From NCBI GenBank assembly GCA_005880575.1, contig VBIZ01000104.1:3735-67734 (forward strand): DNA of 64,000 bases, read 5' to 3'. Below the pieces are notes generated by a model. That model was not told where the DNA came from. It ran no database searches and saw only the letters and a program-made list of their open reading frames with translations. This stretch comes from Chloroflexota bacterium (GTDB taxonomy: Bacteria; Chloroflexota; Limnocylindria; P2-11E). The position numbers and the translations under genes were made by a program. Positions 31,805 to 40,001 of this stretch are shown one piece after another (within the stretch, counting starts at the first letter, position 1; each line of letters begins with the position of its first letter).

Positions 31805-32830
31805 TCAGGAGACCCACTTGAACTTCGTCGCGATGTTCTGATGGAGCTGTTGGTACTGAAGGATGAACTGGCGGAACTCGAGCCCCGACTTGAACGCCGG
31901 GTCAAGAGCGTTGTCGCTCATGAACTTCTTCCACTCGTCGGAGTCGTAGACCTTTTTGAAGACGTCGACCCAGAAAGCCTGCTGTGCTTGAGAAAGACCG
32001 GGAGGCGCCATGATCGCGCGCATGATGAAGTAGTCGTCGATCGCGATCCCCTGAGACTTGCAGGTGGGAAGGCTCGCGTAGATCGCGGTCGTCGGGCTAG
32101 CTGGCGTGAAGGCGCAGAGCGGCCGCAGCTTCTTTGACTGGTAGAGCTGCAGACCCTCGCTCGGGTTGTTGACGGTGGCTACGACCTGACCCTGATGTCC
32201 GGCCAGCGCCGCTGCGACCGTCGCGCCCGATGTCTGCGGAACGTACGTGAACGGCTTGGTCTGCATCAGGTCCTCGATACGGCGGAAGAGCGCCTCATCC
32301 TCCTGTTTGGTGCCGGTGCCGGCCACCGTGAGAGAGTCCTTCTTGGCCGCGTCGATGAAGTCCTGCGCGGTCTTCCACGGGCTGTCTTCGTTCACCCAGA
32401 GGTAGAAGGGGTCGAGGGCGAGATTGGCGACCGGCGTGAAATCGGTCGCCTTGAACGAGAGCTTCTGAGTGATGATCGTCGTGAAGAAGCTGTTGAGCGT
32501 GATCATCACGTAGTGCATGTCGCCGGTCTTTTCGAACACGTACTGGAAGGCGACAGCGCCGGAGCCACCTTCCTTGTTGAGCGGGGTCACCGGCTGGGGC
32601 GAGAACTTCTTGTTCTCGATGATCGTCGCCATCGCGCGCGCGTAGATGTCCGAGCCTCCGCCCGGCGCCGTGCTGATCACGAACTCCACCGGATGAGTCG
32701 GCTGGACCGCCGCCGCTGCGGTCGCCGAACCAGTGGACGTCGCGGACGGGGCGTTTGCCGTGGCACACGCCGAGAGAGTGACGAGCGCGGCCATCAACGT
32801 TGCCGCAGTCCGGATCACAGGGCTCGCCAT
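31805..32830 (-). CDS. tctC: Tripartite tricarboxylate transporter substrate-binding lipoprotein (Bug/TctC)
   Basis: Lipobox LSAC, PGGGSD..AR, NK.GGSG; ATG 32830 behind GGAGG. Confidence 0.9.
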   Translation of the reverse strand: MASPVIRTAATLMAALVTLSACATANAPSATSTGSATAAAAVQPTHPVEFVISTAPGGGSDIYARAMATIIENKKFSPQPVTPLNKEGGSGAVAFQYVFEKTGDMHYVMITLNSFFTTIITQKLSFKATDFTPVANLALDPFYLWVNEDSPWKTAQDFIDAAKKDSLTVAGTGTKQEDEALFRRIEDLMQTKPFTYVPQTSGATVAAALAGHQGQVVATVNNPSEGLQLYQSKKLRPLCAFTPASPTTAIYASLPTCKSQGIAIDDYFIMRAIMAPPGLSQAQQAFWVDVFKKVYDSDEWKKFMSDNALDPAFKSGLEFRQFILQYQQLHQNIATKFKWVS

Positions 32831-32885
32831 GACACGCACCTCCATATGAGCAGGTACGCGCCGGGGTGTCTAAGGGGTCACACCG

Positions 32886-32898
32886 GCGGTCTGACCGC
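32886..32898. promoter_or_regulatory. Candidate FadR-family operator upstream of tctC
   Basis: Palindrome GCGGTC-T-GACCGC with the same GGTC-N-GACC core as 20901-20911. Confidence 0.5.
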
Positions 32899-32997
32899 GA
32901 GTAATCCTGTCACAATGGCAGAAGCGGGTCGGCACGGGGCGTGCGTTGAGCCGGTCCAGAGCTCGTTCGGCCGTGCGGCCGAGCAAGGAGTGTGGGC

Positions 32998-33966
32998 ATG
33001 GTGCAGGAGCTGACCAGACCCGCGTCGCTGCGACGGGGCGCCGCCCCGGATACCGCGTTTGCCTTCCTGGACGGCGAATTCATCCCGGTGCGCGACGCCA
33101 AAGTGAGCGTGCTCACGCACGCGTTCAACTACGGCACCGGGGTTTTCGAGGGCATCCGGGCGTATTGGAACGCCGAAGACGAACAGCTCTACGCCCTCCA
33201 CCTAAAGGAGCACTATCTCCGGCTCCACCGCTCGTGCCGGATCATGCGAATCGGGCTGCCGTACACGGCCGATGATCTCGTCGGCATCACGCTCGAGCTC
33301 CTGCGCAAGTGCAACTACCGCGAGGACGCCTACATCCGGCCCATCGCCTACAAGTCCAGCCCGGTCATCGGCGTCCGCCTTCACGACCTCGAGGACAGCT
33401 TCACCGTCTTCGCCGTCCCGTTCGGCACCTACATCGACATTGACCGGGGGATCTCTTGCAGCGTTTCGAGCTGGCGGCGGACCGACGACAACGCGATCCC
33501 CGCGCGAAGCAAGATCACCGGTGCCTATGTGAACGCGGCCCTCGCGAAGACCGAGGCGCAGGAGGCCGGATTCGACGAGGCGATCGTCTTGACGCAGGAC
33601 GGCCACGTGAGCGAGGGGAGCGCCGAGAACCTCTTCCTCGTCCGCGACGGGACACTTATCACTCCGCCGGGGACCGACAACATCCTCGAGGGGATCACGC
33701 GGGCATGCGTTCTCAAGATCGCCGCTGACCAGGGCATCCCGACGGCGATCCGCCAGGTGGATCGCACCGAGCTCTACATCGCCGACGAAGTGTTCCTCTG
33801 CGGCACGGGCGCGCAGATCTCGCCGGTGACGAGCATCGATCGCCGCGCCATCGGCAAGGGCGAGCGCGGACCGATCACCGCGAAGGTGACCGCGACGTAC
33901 TTCGACGCCGTCCGCGGCAAGGCCTCGCAATATCGAAGCTGGGTCACGCCCGTCTACAAGCGGTGA
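32998..33966 (+). CDS. ilvE: Branched-chain amino acid aminotransferase
   Basis: YGTGVFEGIR, YIRP, K.TG.Y, EGSAENLF, LEGITR, GTGAQI. Confidence 0.93.
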   Translation: MVQELTRPASLRRGAAPDTAFAFLDGEFIPVRDAKVSVLTHAFNYGTGVFEGIRAYWNAEDEQLYALHLKEHYLRLHRSCRIMRIGLPYTADDLVGITLELLRKCNYREDAYIRPIAYKSSPVIGVRLHDLEDSFTVFAVPFGTYIDIDRGISCSVSSWRRTDDNAIPARSKITGAYVNAALAKTEAQEAGFDEAIVLTQDGHVSEGSAENLFLVRDGTLITPPGTDNILEGITRACVLKIAADQGIPTAIRQVDRTELYIADEVFLCGTGAQISPVTSIDRRAIGKGERGPITAKVTATYFDAVRGKASQYRSWVTPVYKR

Positions 33967-34190
33967 CCGCGAAAAAGAAGAAGGACGCGAAGCCGAGCGC
34001 GCTCGGCCGCATCGTCCGCGCGATCGACGCGGCCGGCCGCGACGCCGATCTCGCCCGACGCAGCGCGAGCGATCCAAAATTCCGCCGCGGAGTACAGTCG
34101 GACCGCCGCGCGACACTCTCGAAGTTCACGACCGTCAAGCACGCGCTCGCCGACCGCGAGCGCATCGAGAAGGCGAAGAAGCGGACTTAG
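33963..34190 (+). CDS. Small basic hypothetical protein
   Basis: GTGA overlap with the ilvE stop; typical codon usage. Confidence 0.6.
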   Translation: MTAKKKKDAKPSALGRIVRAIDAAGRDADLARRSASDPKFRRGVQSDRRATLSKFTTVKHALADRERIEKAKKRT

Positions 34191-34222
34191 CGACCTCGCG
34201 ACCTCGCGATCTTCGATCGAGC

Positions 34223-34381
34223 GTCGCGGGTCCTGTCCCAGGGGTAGGGGCCCCTGACCGCGCAGCGGGAGCGGAGTTGCCCGCTCGCTACCGGTCGGCT
34301 TGGCCCGCTTGCCGGGCGGGTCCCAGCGACGCCGCCGGATGGACGCTCGCGAGCAACCCCGCTCCCCGTGCCACCCGCGAC
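34223..34381. repeat. Structured intergenic element, copy 1
   Basis: Closing stem GTCGCGGGT/ACCCGCGAC; shares four sequence blocks with 59138..59278. Confidence 0.65.
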
Positions 34382-34389
34382 CCGGCTTC

Positions 34390-36015
34390 TTAGCGCGCCA
34401 GGTCGGTCGCGAGCCCGCGGAAGTCGCTCCCAACTCGCACGACGATGTCCGCCGCAGTCGTCTCGCTTGAGGAGAGCGTGTCCACCGGCAGTCCACCGAG
34501 TTGCGCCGCGAGCGCGTTCGCTGTGTAGCGCTTCGCTCCGTTTCGCACGAGAATCGCCGAGCGCCCGGTCGCGCCATCGCTCACGGTCGAGACGGTGAAC
34601 GCGCGCTCGGTCAAGCGGTCGGCAACGCTTTGCGCCACGCCGTTGCGCGCTCCCGCGCTTCGCACTTCCACTGCCGCGCCCTCGGCTTTGACTTGCGGGT
34701 CGTAGAAGAGGGTTGCCGCGAGATCGCGAATCTTGGCCCGATCCGGAATGAGATAGAAACCGCCGTCACCGCCCGAGGCCTGCAGCTCGCAGTGGGGGTA
34801 GCTGCCGCCACAGGGGTACAGCACCTCGCTCCGTATGGCATTCCCGTCGATCCCCGTGCCGAACCGGGCCAGAGGCAGGATGTTCGCCGGATCGAAGTTC
34901 GTCTGCACGGCGCTCCCGACGCGATCGATGAGAACTGGAAGCCCGCGGAGGAAGTCGCCCTCCGAGATCCTCGTACGCAACGCCGAGAGAACGAGCTGCT
35001 GGCGCTGCGCGCGGCTGTAATCGTTGGTGTCGTGACGCGAGCGCGCGAACCGGAGCGCGGTCTGGCCGTCCATCAGCTGGGGACCCGCGGTGATGTCGAT
35101 GCGCTCGATGCCGTAGTCCGGGGTCGGATAGGACTCATCGCGCACGGGCCGCTTCACGTCGACGATCACCCCGCCGACAGAATCGACGATCTTGGTGAAA
35201 GCATCGAAGTCGACGAGCGCGTACGCGTTGAGTCGGATCCCGAGGAGGTCCTCGACGACCTTTCGTGTGAGGTCGTATCCACCGAAAGCGTAGGCGGCAT
35301 TGATCTTGTCGGTGAAGACGCCGGGGCGATCGATGTACACGTCGCGCGGGATCGAGAGCATCGCCGCCGTCTTGTTCACGGGGTCGAGGCTCAACACGAT
35401 CATCGTGTCGGTGTTCAGCGTGCTGGACGAGTCGCCGCGTGAATCGACCCCGAGCAGCAGCACGTTGAGGCGCTCCCTCTCGGTCCACTCCGGGGGCGAG
35501 TAGTCCTGGCTCGAGCTCGTACCGACGCTCGGCGGATTCGCGATCGGAGCGAAGACCTTCGTAAAGAGTCCCGCCCACGGCGCGGATCCGCGATATGTGG
35601 TCGCGTAGAAGCCGACGAGCGCGATGCAGACGAGACCGAGCACGAGGTAGTCGACAACGCGCCGGCCCCGAAGCGATCCCATACCGCGGAGCTTCACCCC
35701 GAACGCGTCGGTGACGACGAAGAGGTGATACATGAAGAACGCGGCGGCGACCAGGAACGTGACCTCAGCTGCATTCCGGAGGACGAAGCTCGTGAGAGGA
35801 TCGGCGATCGCGACGAGCGCACCGACGAGGAGCACCGCGAAGATCGGAATGAGGATCATGAGCACACCGCGTATCCAACGGCCGAGGTACATCTGGCCAA
35901 GCCCCGGCAGCAGGAGGGACAGGACGGCGGCGAAACCCGGAGAGCCCCTCACCGCAGGCGCCGAAAGCGCACGCACGCGCGGCGAGGCGGCCGACGACGC
36001 TCCCCGATTCGACAC
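34390..36015 (-). CDS. LCP (LytR-CpsA-Psr) family protein with LytR_C domain
   Basis: NVLLLGVD, TDTMIV, SIPRD, KINAAY, ARSR, DYSRAQRQQ; N-terminal TMs. Confidence 0.92.
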   Translation of the reverse strand: MSNRGASSAASPRVRALSAPAVRGSPGFAAVLSLLLPGLGQMYLGRWIRGVLMILIPIFAVLLVGALVAIADPLTSFVLRNAAEVTFLVAAAFFMYHLFVVTDAFGVKLRGMGSLRGRRVVDYLVLGLVCIALVGFYATTYRGSAPWAGLFTKVFAPIANPPSVGTSSSQDYSPPEWTERERLNVLLLGVDSRGDSSSTLNTDTMIVLSLDPVNKTAAMLSIPRDVYIDRPGVFTDKINAAYAFGGYDLTRKVVEDLLGIRLNAYALVDFDAFTKIVDSVGGVIVDVKRPVRDESYPTPDYGIERIDITAGPQLMDGQTALRFARSRHDTNDYSRAQRQQLVLSALRTRISEGDFLRGLPVLIDRVGSAVQTNFDPANILPLARFGTGIDGNAIRSEVLYPCGGSYPHCELQASGGDGGFYLIPDRAKIRDLAATLFYDPQVKAEGAAVEVRSAGARNGVAQSVADRLTERAFTVSTVSDGATGRSAILVRNGAKRYTANALAAQLGGLPVDTLSSSETTAADIVVRVGSDFRGLATDLAR

Positions 36016-36050
36016 CGAACGCCTAGCGTACGAGACTCGGCGTTCCCTAG

Positions 36051-36542
36051 ATGGAGCGCCCGCTTCCGACTGATTCCGCCACCCTGCGCGGCGCCCGCGC
36101 GGTGGGGATCGTGTGCGCGACGCTCTTCATCCTTCCGGTGATCTTCTCGATCGCGTTCCCGTCCGCGTTCCTCTTTCCGCCGTACAACCGGATCTACGAG
36201 CGGATGATCGCATCGGTTCTGCTGGCCTTCGGACTCGGCCTCCTGCTCGCGCTTCGTGACCCGGTCCGCAACGCCGGCGTGTTCGCCGTGGTGGGGCTCG
36301 CGACGGGACTGCTTGGCGGTTCGGTGGTCTACGCGCTCGTCGTCGACGGCGCGGACCCACTCCATTGGGTCGCCCAGGTCCCGATCCTGACCGCGATCAC
36401 CGCGACGCTCGTCGTGACGTACACACGTCTTCGTCGGCCGAACCCCATCGTCGTTCGCATCGTGGTGGCGGCGGTCGTGCTTCTCCCCTTCGCGTTCTTC
36501 ATCCAAGACCTCGCGTACGCCGCATTCGTCGCGAATCGTTAG
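36051..36542 (+). CDS. Hypothetical membrane protein
   Basis: Five hydrophobic segments, ALRDPVRN motif. Confidence 0.65.
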   Translation: MERPLPTDSATLRGARAVGIVCATLFILPVIFSIAFPSAFLFPPYNRIYERMIASVLLAFGLGLLLALRDPVRNAGVFAVVGLATGLLGGSVVYALVVDGADPLHWVAQVPILTAITATLVVTYTRLRRPNPIVVRIVVAAVVLLPFAFFIQDLAYAAFVANR

Positions 36543-36552
36543 CGCTCCGCTC

Positions 36553-37311
36553 ATGCCGCCCATCGTGCAAGTCAATGACCTGCGCAAGCGCTACGGCGAC
36601 ATCGAGGCCGTCCGCGGTATCAGCTTCTTCGTCGAGCCGGGCGAGGTGTTCGGCCTGCTCGGTCCCAACGGGGCGGGGAAGACCACGACAGTCGAGATCC
36701 TCGAAGGCCTGCGCAAAGCCGACGGCGGGTCGGCCAACGTGGCCGGAGTCGATGTCTTCTCCGATCCATCGGGAGTGAAGCGAAGGATCGGCGTGCAGCT
36801 GCAGGCGAGCGCGTTCCCCGACAACCTGACCGCGCGCGAGACGGTGCGGTTCTTCGCTGCCTGCTACGACCTCGAGGTCGACGAGCTGGCGCTCCTGCGT
36901 CAGGTCGAGCTCGAGGAGCGCGCGGGACAGGCTCAGGCGAAGCTTTCTGGCGGCCAGCGGCAACGGCTCTCGATCGCGACCGCCTTGGTGAACCAGCCGC
37001 AGGTTCTCTTTCTCGACGAGCCGACGACCGGGCTCGATCCGCAGGCCCGTCGCAACCTCTGGGATCTCATCCGCGGCATTCAGAGCCGCGGAACGACCGT
37101 CTTCCTCACGACCCACTATCTGGACGAGGCCGAGATCCTCTGCGACCGGGTTGCGATCATGGACGAGGGGAACATCGTCGCGCTCGACCCGCCGCGAAAG
37201 CTGATCGACGATCTCCTGAACCGGGGATTCACCAAACCGGTGCTCCAGCAGAAGGCAAACCTCGAGGACGTCTTTCTCGACCTCACCGGTCACGAGATCC
37301 GCGACGCATGA
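36553..37311 (+). CDS. ABC-2 type exporter ATP-binding protein
   Basis: GPNGAGKTT, LSGGQ, LDEPTTGLDP, TTHY. Confidence 0.93.
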   Translation: MPPIVQVNDLRKRYGDIEAVRGISFFVEPGEVFGLLGPNGAGKTTTVEILEGLRKADGGSANVAGVDVFSDPSGVKRRIGVQLQASAFPDNLTARETVRFFAACYDLEVDELALLRQVELEERAGQAQAKLSGGQRQRLSIATALVNQPQVLFLDEPTTGLDPQARRNLWDLIRGIQSRGTTVFLTTHYLDEAEILCDRVAIMDEGNIVALDPPRKLIDDLLNRGFTKPVLQQKANLEDVFLDLTGHEIRDA

Positions 37312-38402
37312 GGCAAACGGTCCGCCTCTTCGCGCTACTCCTCCGTGGTTACCTCCGCGATCGCACCGCGCTCTTCTTCAGCCTGATCGTGCCTCTCATG
37401 CTCATGGTGATCTTCGGTTACCTGAACCTTGGCGATTTCGGTCGCGTGACGGTCGCGATCGACGATCAGGCGAAGAATCAGTCGAGCGCGCAGCTCGTGC
37501 AGATCCTCGAGGGCATTCCCACGCTCCAGGTGACCGAGCTCTCCACGGCCGAAGCGCTGACGAAGCTTCGCCGGACCGAGCTCGACATGTTGATCGTCAT
37601 CCCAAAGGACTTCGTCATCGCGCCGGCGCGGCCCGGGCAGACGGTTCCCGAGCTCGTCGTGTACGGCGATGACGCTCGGCCGCAGCAGGTCGCCGTCGGC
37701 CGGCAGATCGTCGCCCAGGTGATCGACCGGCTCTCGTTCGCGGTCACCCAGACCGCGCCGGTCGTCGCCGTGAAGGACGAGAGCGTGCAGGGCGTACGCC
37801 TGCGCTACGTCGACTTCCTGGTCCCAGGGATCCTCGGCGTCAACATCATGCAGCTCGCGATCTTCTCGGTCGCGTTCGCCCTCGTTGCCGACAAGCAGCG
37901 CGGCGTGCTGCGGCGGATCATGGCGACTCCGGTGCGCGTTCCCAACCTTCTCGCCGCCCACGTCCTCACGCGACTTGTCATCGCGACCGGTCAGGTCGCC
38001 GTGTTGCTCCTCGTCGCGCTGATCCTCTTCAACGTCACGATCGTGGGCGGCCTCGTGCCGCTCGTCATCGTCGCGCTTCTCGGCACGATCCTGTTCCTCA
38101 CCATCGGATTCGCGCTCGCCGGCTGGGCCACGACCGAGAACCAGGTGCCGGCCATCGCTCAGCTGATCACGCTCCCGCAGTTCTTCTTTTCCGGCGTGTT
38201 CTTCTCGAAGAACGCCGCGCCCGAGCTCATCCGGCCGGTCACCAATCTGCTGCCGCTGACGCTCCTCAACGACGCGCTTCGCGAGATCAGCGTTCAGGGG
38301 GCGACGCTGTGGGACGTGCGAACCCAGATACTCGGGCTCTTGATCTGGACCGTCGCCGGTTTCATCCTGGCCGTCCGACTCTTCCGCTTCGAAAAGTTCT
38401 AG
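37308..38402 (+). CDS. ABC-2 type exporter permease
   Basis: YVDFLVPG, G.LRR..ATP, FFSGVFF; ATGA overlap. Confidence 0.9.
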   Translation: MRQTVRLFALLLRGYLRDRTALFFSLIVPLMLMVIFGYLNLGDFGRVTVAIDDQAKNQSSAQLVQILEGIPTLQVTELSTAEALTKLRRTELDMLIVIPKDFVIAPARPGQTVPELVVYGDDARPQQVAVGRQIVAQVIDRLSFAVTQTAPVVAVKDESVQGVRLRYVDFLVPGILGVNIMQLAIFSVAFALVADKQRGVLRRIMATPVRVPNLLAAHVLTRLVIATGQVAVLLLVALILFNVTIVGGLVPLVIVALLGTILFLTIGFALAGWATTENQVPAIAQLITLPQFFFSGVFFSKNAAPELIRPVTNLLPLTLLNDALREISVQGATLWDVRTQILGLLIWTVAGFILAVRLFRFEKF

Positions 38403-38989
38403 CCGGCTAACTCCTTAGCGACGGCGCGGTGCACGATCGCGCGGAAGTGCCCCCAGTCCGCCCAATCCCCTCCGATATCGCCGGAGGCAACGCTCGGAAT
38501 CGCGTCCAGCCGATCGGCGACTTCGGACAGGGAGAAGGGCTCGACCTCGATCCAGTTCTCGATCTGCTCCTCTTCGTCGCGCGTCTTGAAGGTCCCGCCG
38601 GCCTCGTCAAGAAGGAATGCGAAGGTGTGGAAGAGTGGCGGGCCGTTCGGCGCCGCGACGTCTCGATAGGTGATCCAGGCGACGAACCGCCGGACCTCGA
38701 CCAGAAGCGCGGTCTCCTCGTCTGTTTCGCGGCGCAGCGCGTCGATGATCCGCTCGCCGTGCTGTACTCCGCCGGTCGGCAGGCGATACGCCCCGCGCGG
38801 GTAGAACCGCTTGATCGAAAGCGGGATCTTGCCGTTCCGACGGCGGATGACCATGCACACCTCGGCGAACCGATCGGGCCGCTGGACCGGATCGAAGAAA
38901 GGTCGGATGGTCGCGTCGACCCGTCGCGGGGTGCCGTGCACTCGAGCAAGCTCGTTCAGCTCATCGATGCGAGCGCGATCCAGCTCCAC
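38399..38989 (-). CDS. NUDIX hydrolase
   Basis: Nudix box GGVQHGE....ALRRETDEET. Confidence 0.85.
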   Translation of the reverse strand: MELDRARIDELNELARVHGTPRRVDATIRPFFDPVQRPDRFAEVCMVIRRRNGKIPLSIKRFYPRGAYRLPTGGVQHGERIIDALRRETDEETALLVEVRRFVAWITYRDVAAPNGPPLFHTFAFLLDEAGGTFKTRDEEEQIENWIEVEPFSLSEVADRLDAIPSVASGDIGGDWADWGHFRAIVHRAVAKELAG

Positions 38990-39011
38990 ACGAAGACGTT
39001 AGCGCTCGGCC

Positions 39012-39683
39012 TCAATCGCGATCGTATTTGCGGAGCACGTCCTCGAGCGCCTCGCGCAGGAGCACGGCCTCCTTGGTCTTCTTGCGTTCGGCTAGGCCCT
39101 TGAGACGGCCGAGCTGCGCGGCGCTGTAGTACGAAGACTTCAGGACCATGTCGTCGCCCGGAGTAAGGCCGACGGAGTCGCCGCCCTGCTCCTTCGCCGC
39201 GTAGAGCGCGAGGTCCGCCTTGCGCATGAGCTCTTCGGGACCTCTCGCGTCGCGCGGAATGTTGGCGACGCCGATGCTCACCGTGCACCGCTGGCCGCGG
39301 GGCAGCACCTTCACGAAGGCGGCGTCGACGTCGCGACGCAGTGCGTCCCCACGGAGGAAGGCCGCTTCGACCGTCAGACCGGGGGCCAGCAGCGCGAATT
39401 CGTCGCCGCCGATGCGGCCGAGCGTCCAGCCCTCGCGCTTTGCCGTGCGTGAGAGCTCCGCGACGGCCGCGGAGATCACGCGGTCGCCGGCGTCGCGTCC
39501 GTGGACCGTATTCAGCTGGTGCAGGTTGTCGAGGTCGAGCAGAAGGAGGGTGATCTGGTTCTCCGGTCGCTCCCGCGACTCCTTCCACACCGCGCTCACC
39601 GCCCCGGCGAAGGCCGGACCGCCCAGACAGCCGTCCTTGTCCGCGCGCACCCGAACGTCCTTTGTCTGTGCGGTTCTCGCCAC
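39012..39683 (-). CDS. GGDEF-domain protein fused to a C-terminal ribbon-helix-helix domain
   Basis: DLD, RIGGDEF, TVSIGVA, ADLALYAAK; then KSSYYSAAQLGRLKGLA...EAVLLREALEDVLRKY; AGGAGG RBS. Confidence 0.85.
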   Translation of the reverse strand: MARTAQTKDVRVRADKDGCLGGPAFAGAVSAVWKESRERPENQITLLLLDLDNLHQLNTVHGRDAGDRVISAAVAELSRTAKREGWTLGRIGGDEFALLAPGLTVEAAFLRGDALRRDVDAAFVKVLPRGQRCTVSIGVANIPRDARGPEELMRKADLALYAAKEQGGDSVGLTPGDDMVLKSSYYSAAQLGRLKGLAERKKTKEAVLLREALEDVLRKYDRD

Positions 39684-39822
39684 CGAAGCACCTCCTGCCG
39701 AGTTACGTCAGATGTATATATATGGAACGTAGTGACGTCAAGCGGCGAGACCCGGTAGCTCGCAGATCGCTCTCCCTCGAGAACCTTCTCCTCGCGAGCG
39801 AGAGTGCGTACACTGGAAACTC

Positions 39823-39985
39823 AAAGCGTTTGAGGGGCCATCCACCCCGAGCTGCCGGAAGAAGCACGAGTAGAACCGGCCGGACCGCGCACCGATACAG
39901 GCGCAGCGAGTGGACGCAAGCCGCGTCAACTCGGGTGGTACCACGGCGAGCGCCGTCCCGAGATACGGGACGGCGTTTTTGTTTT
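39823..39985 (+). ncRNA. T-box riboswitch (Ile, ATC specifier) with terminator
   Basis: Short stem I GGGG-CCATCCA-CCCC, stem II with GAA/AGTA S-turn, T-box GGGTGGTACCAC; upstream of ileS. Confidence 0.9.
39951..39985 (+). terminator. T-box intrinsic terminator
   Basis: CGCCGTCCCG-AGATA-CGGGACGGCG followed by TTTTTGTTTT. Confidence 0.9.
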
Positions 39986-40001
39986 GGCGAGAAGGGCGGA
40001 G

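Noticed and set aside
34223..34381. Reverse-strand GGGTGGCACGG read as a T-box
   Set aside because: No stem I/II or terminator, and it is not upstream of an amino-acid gene
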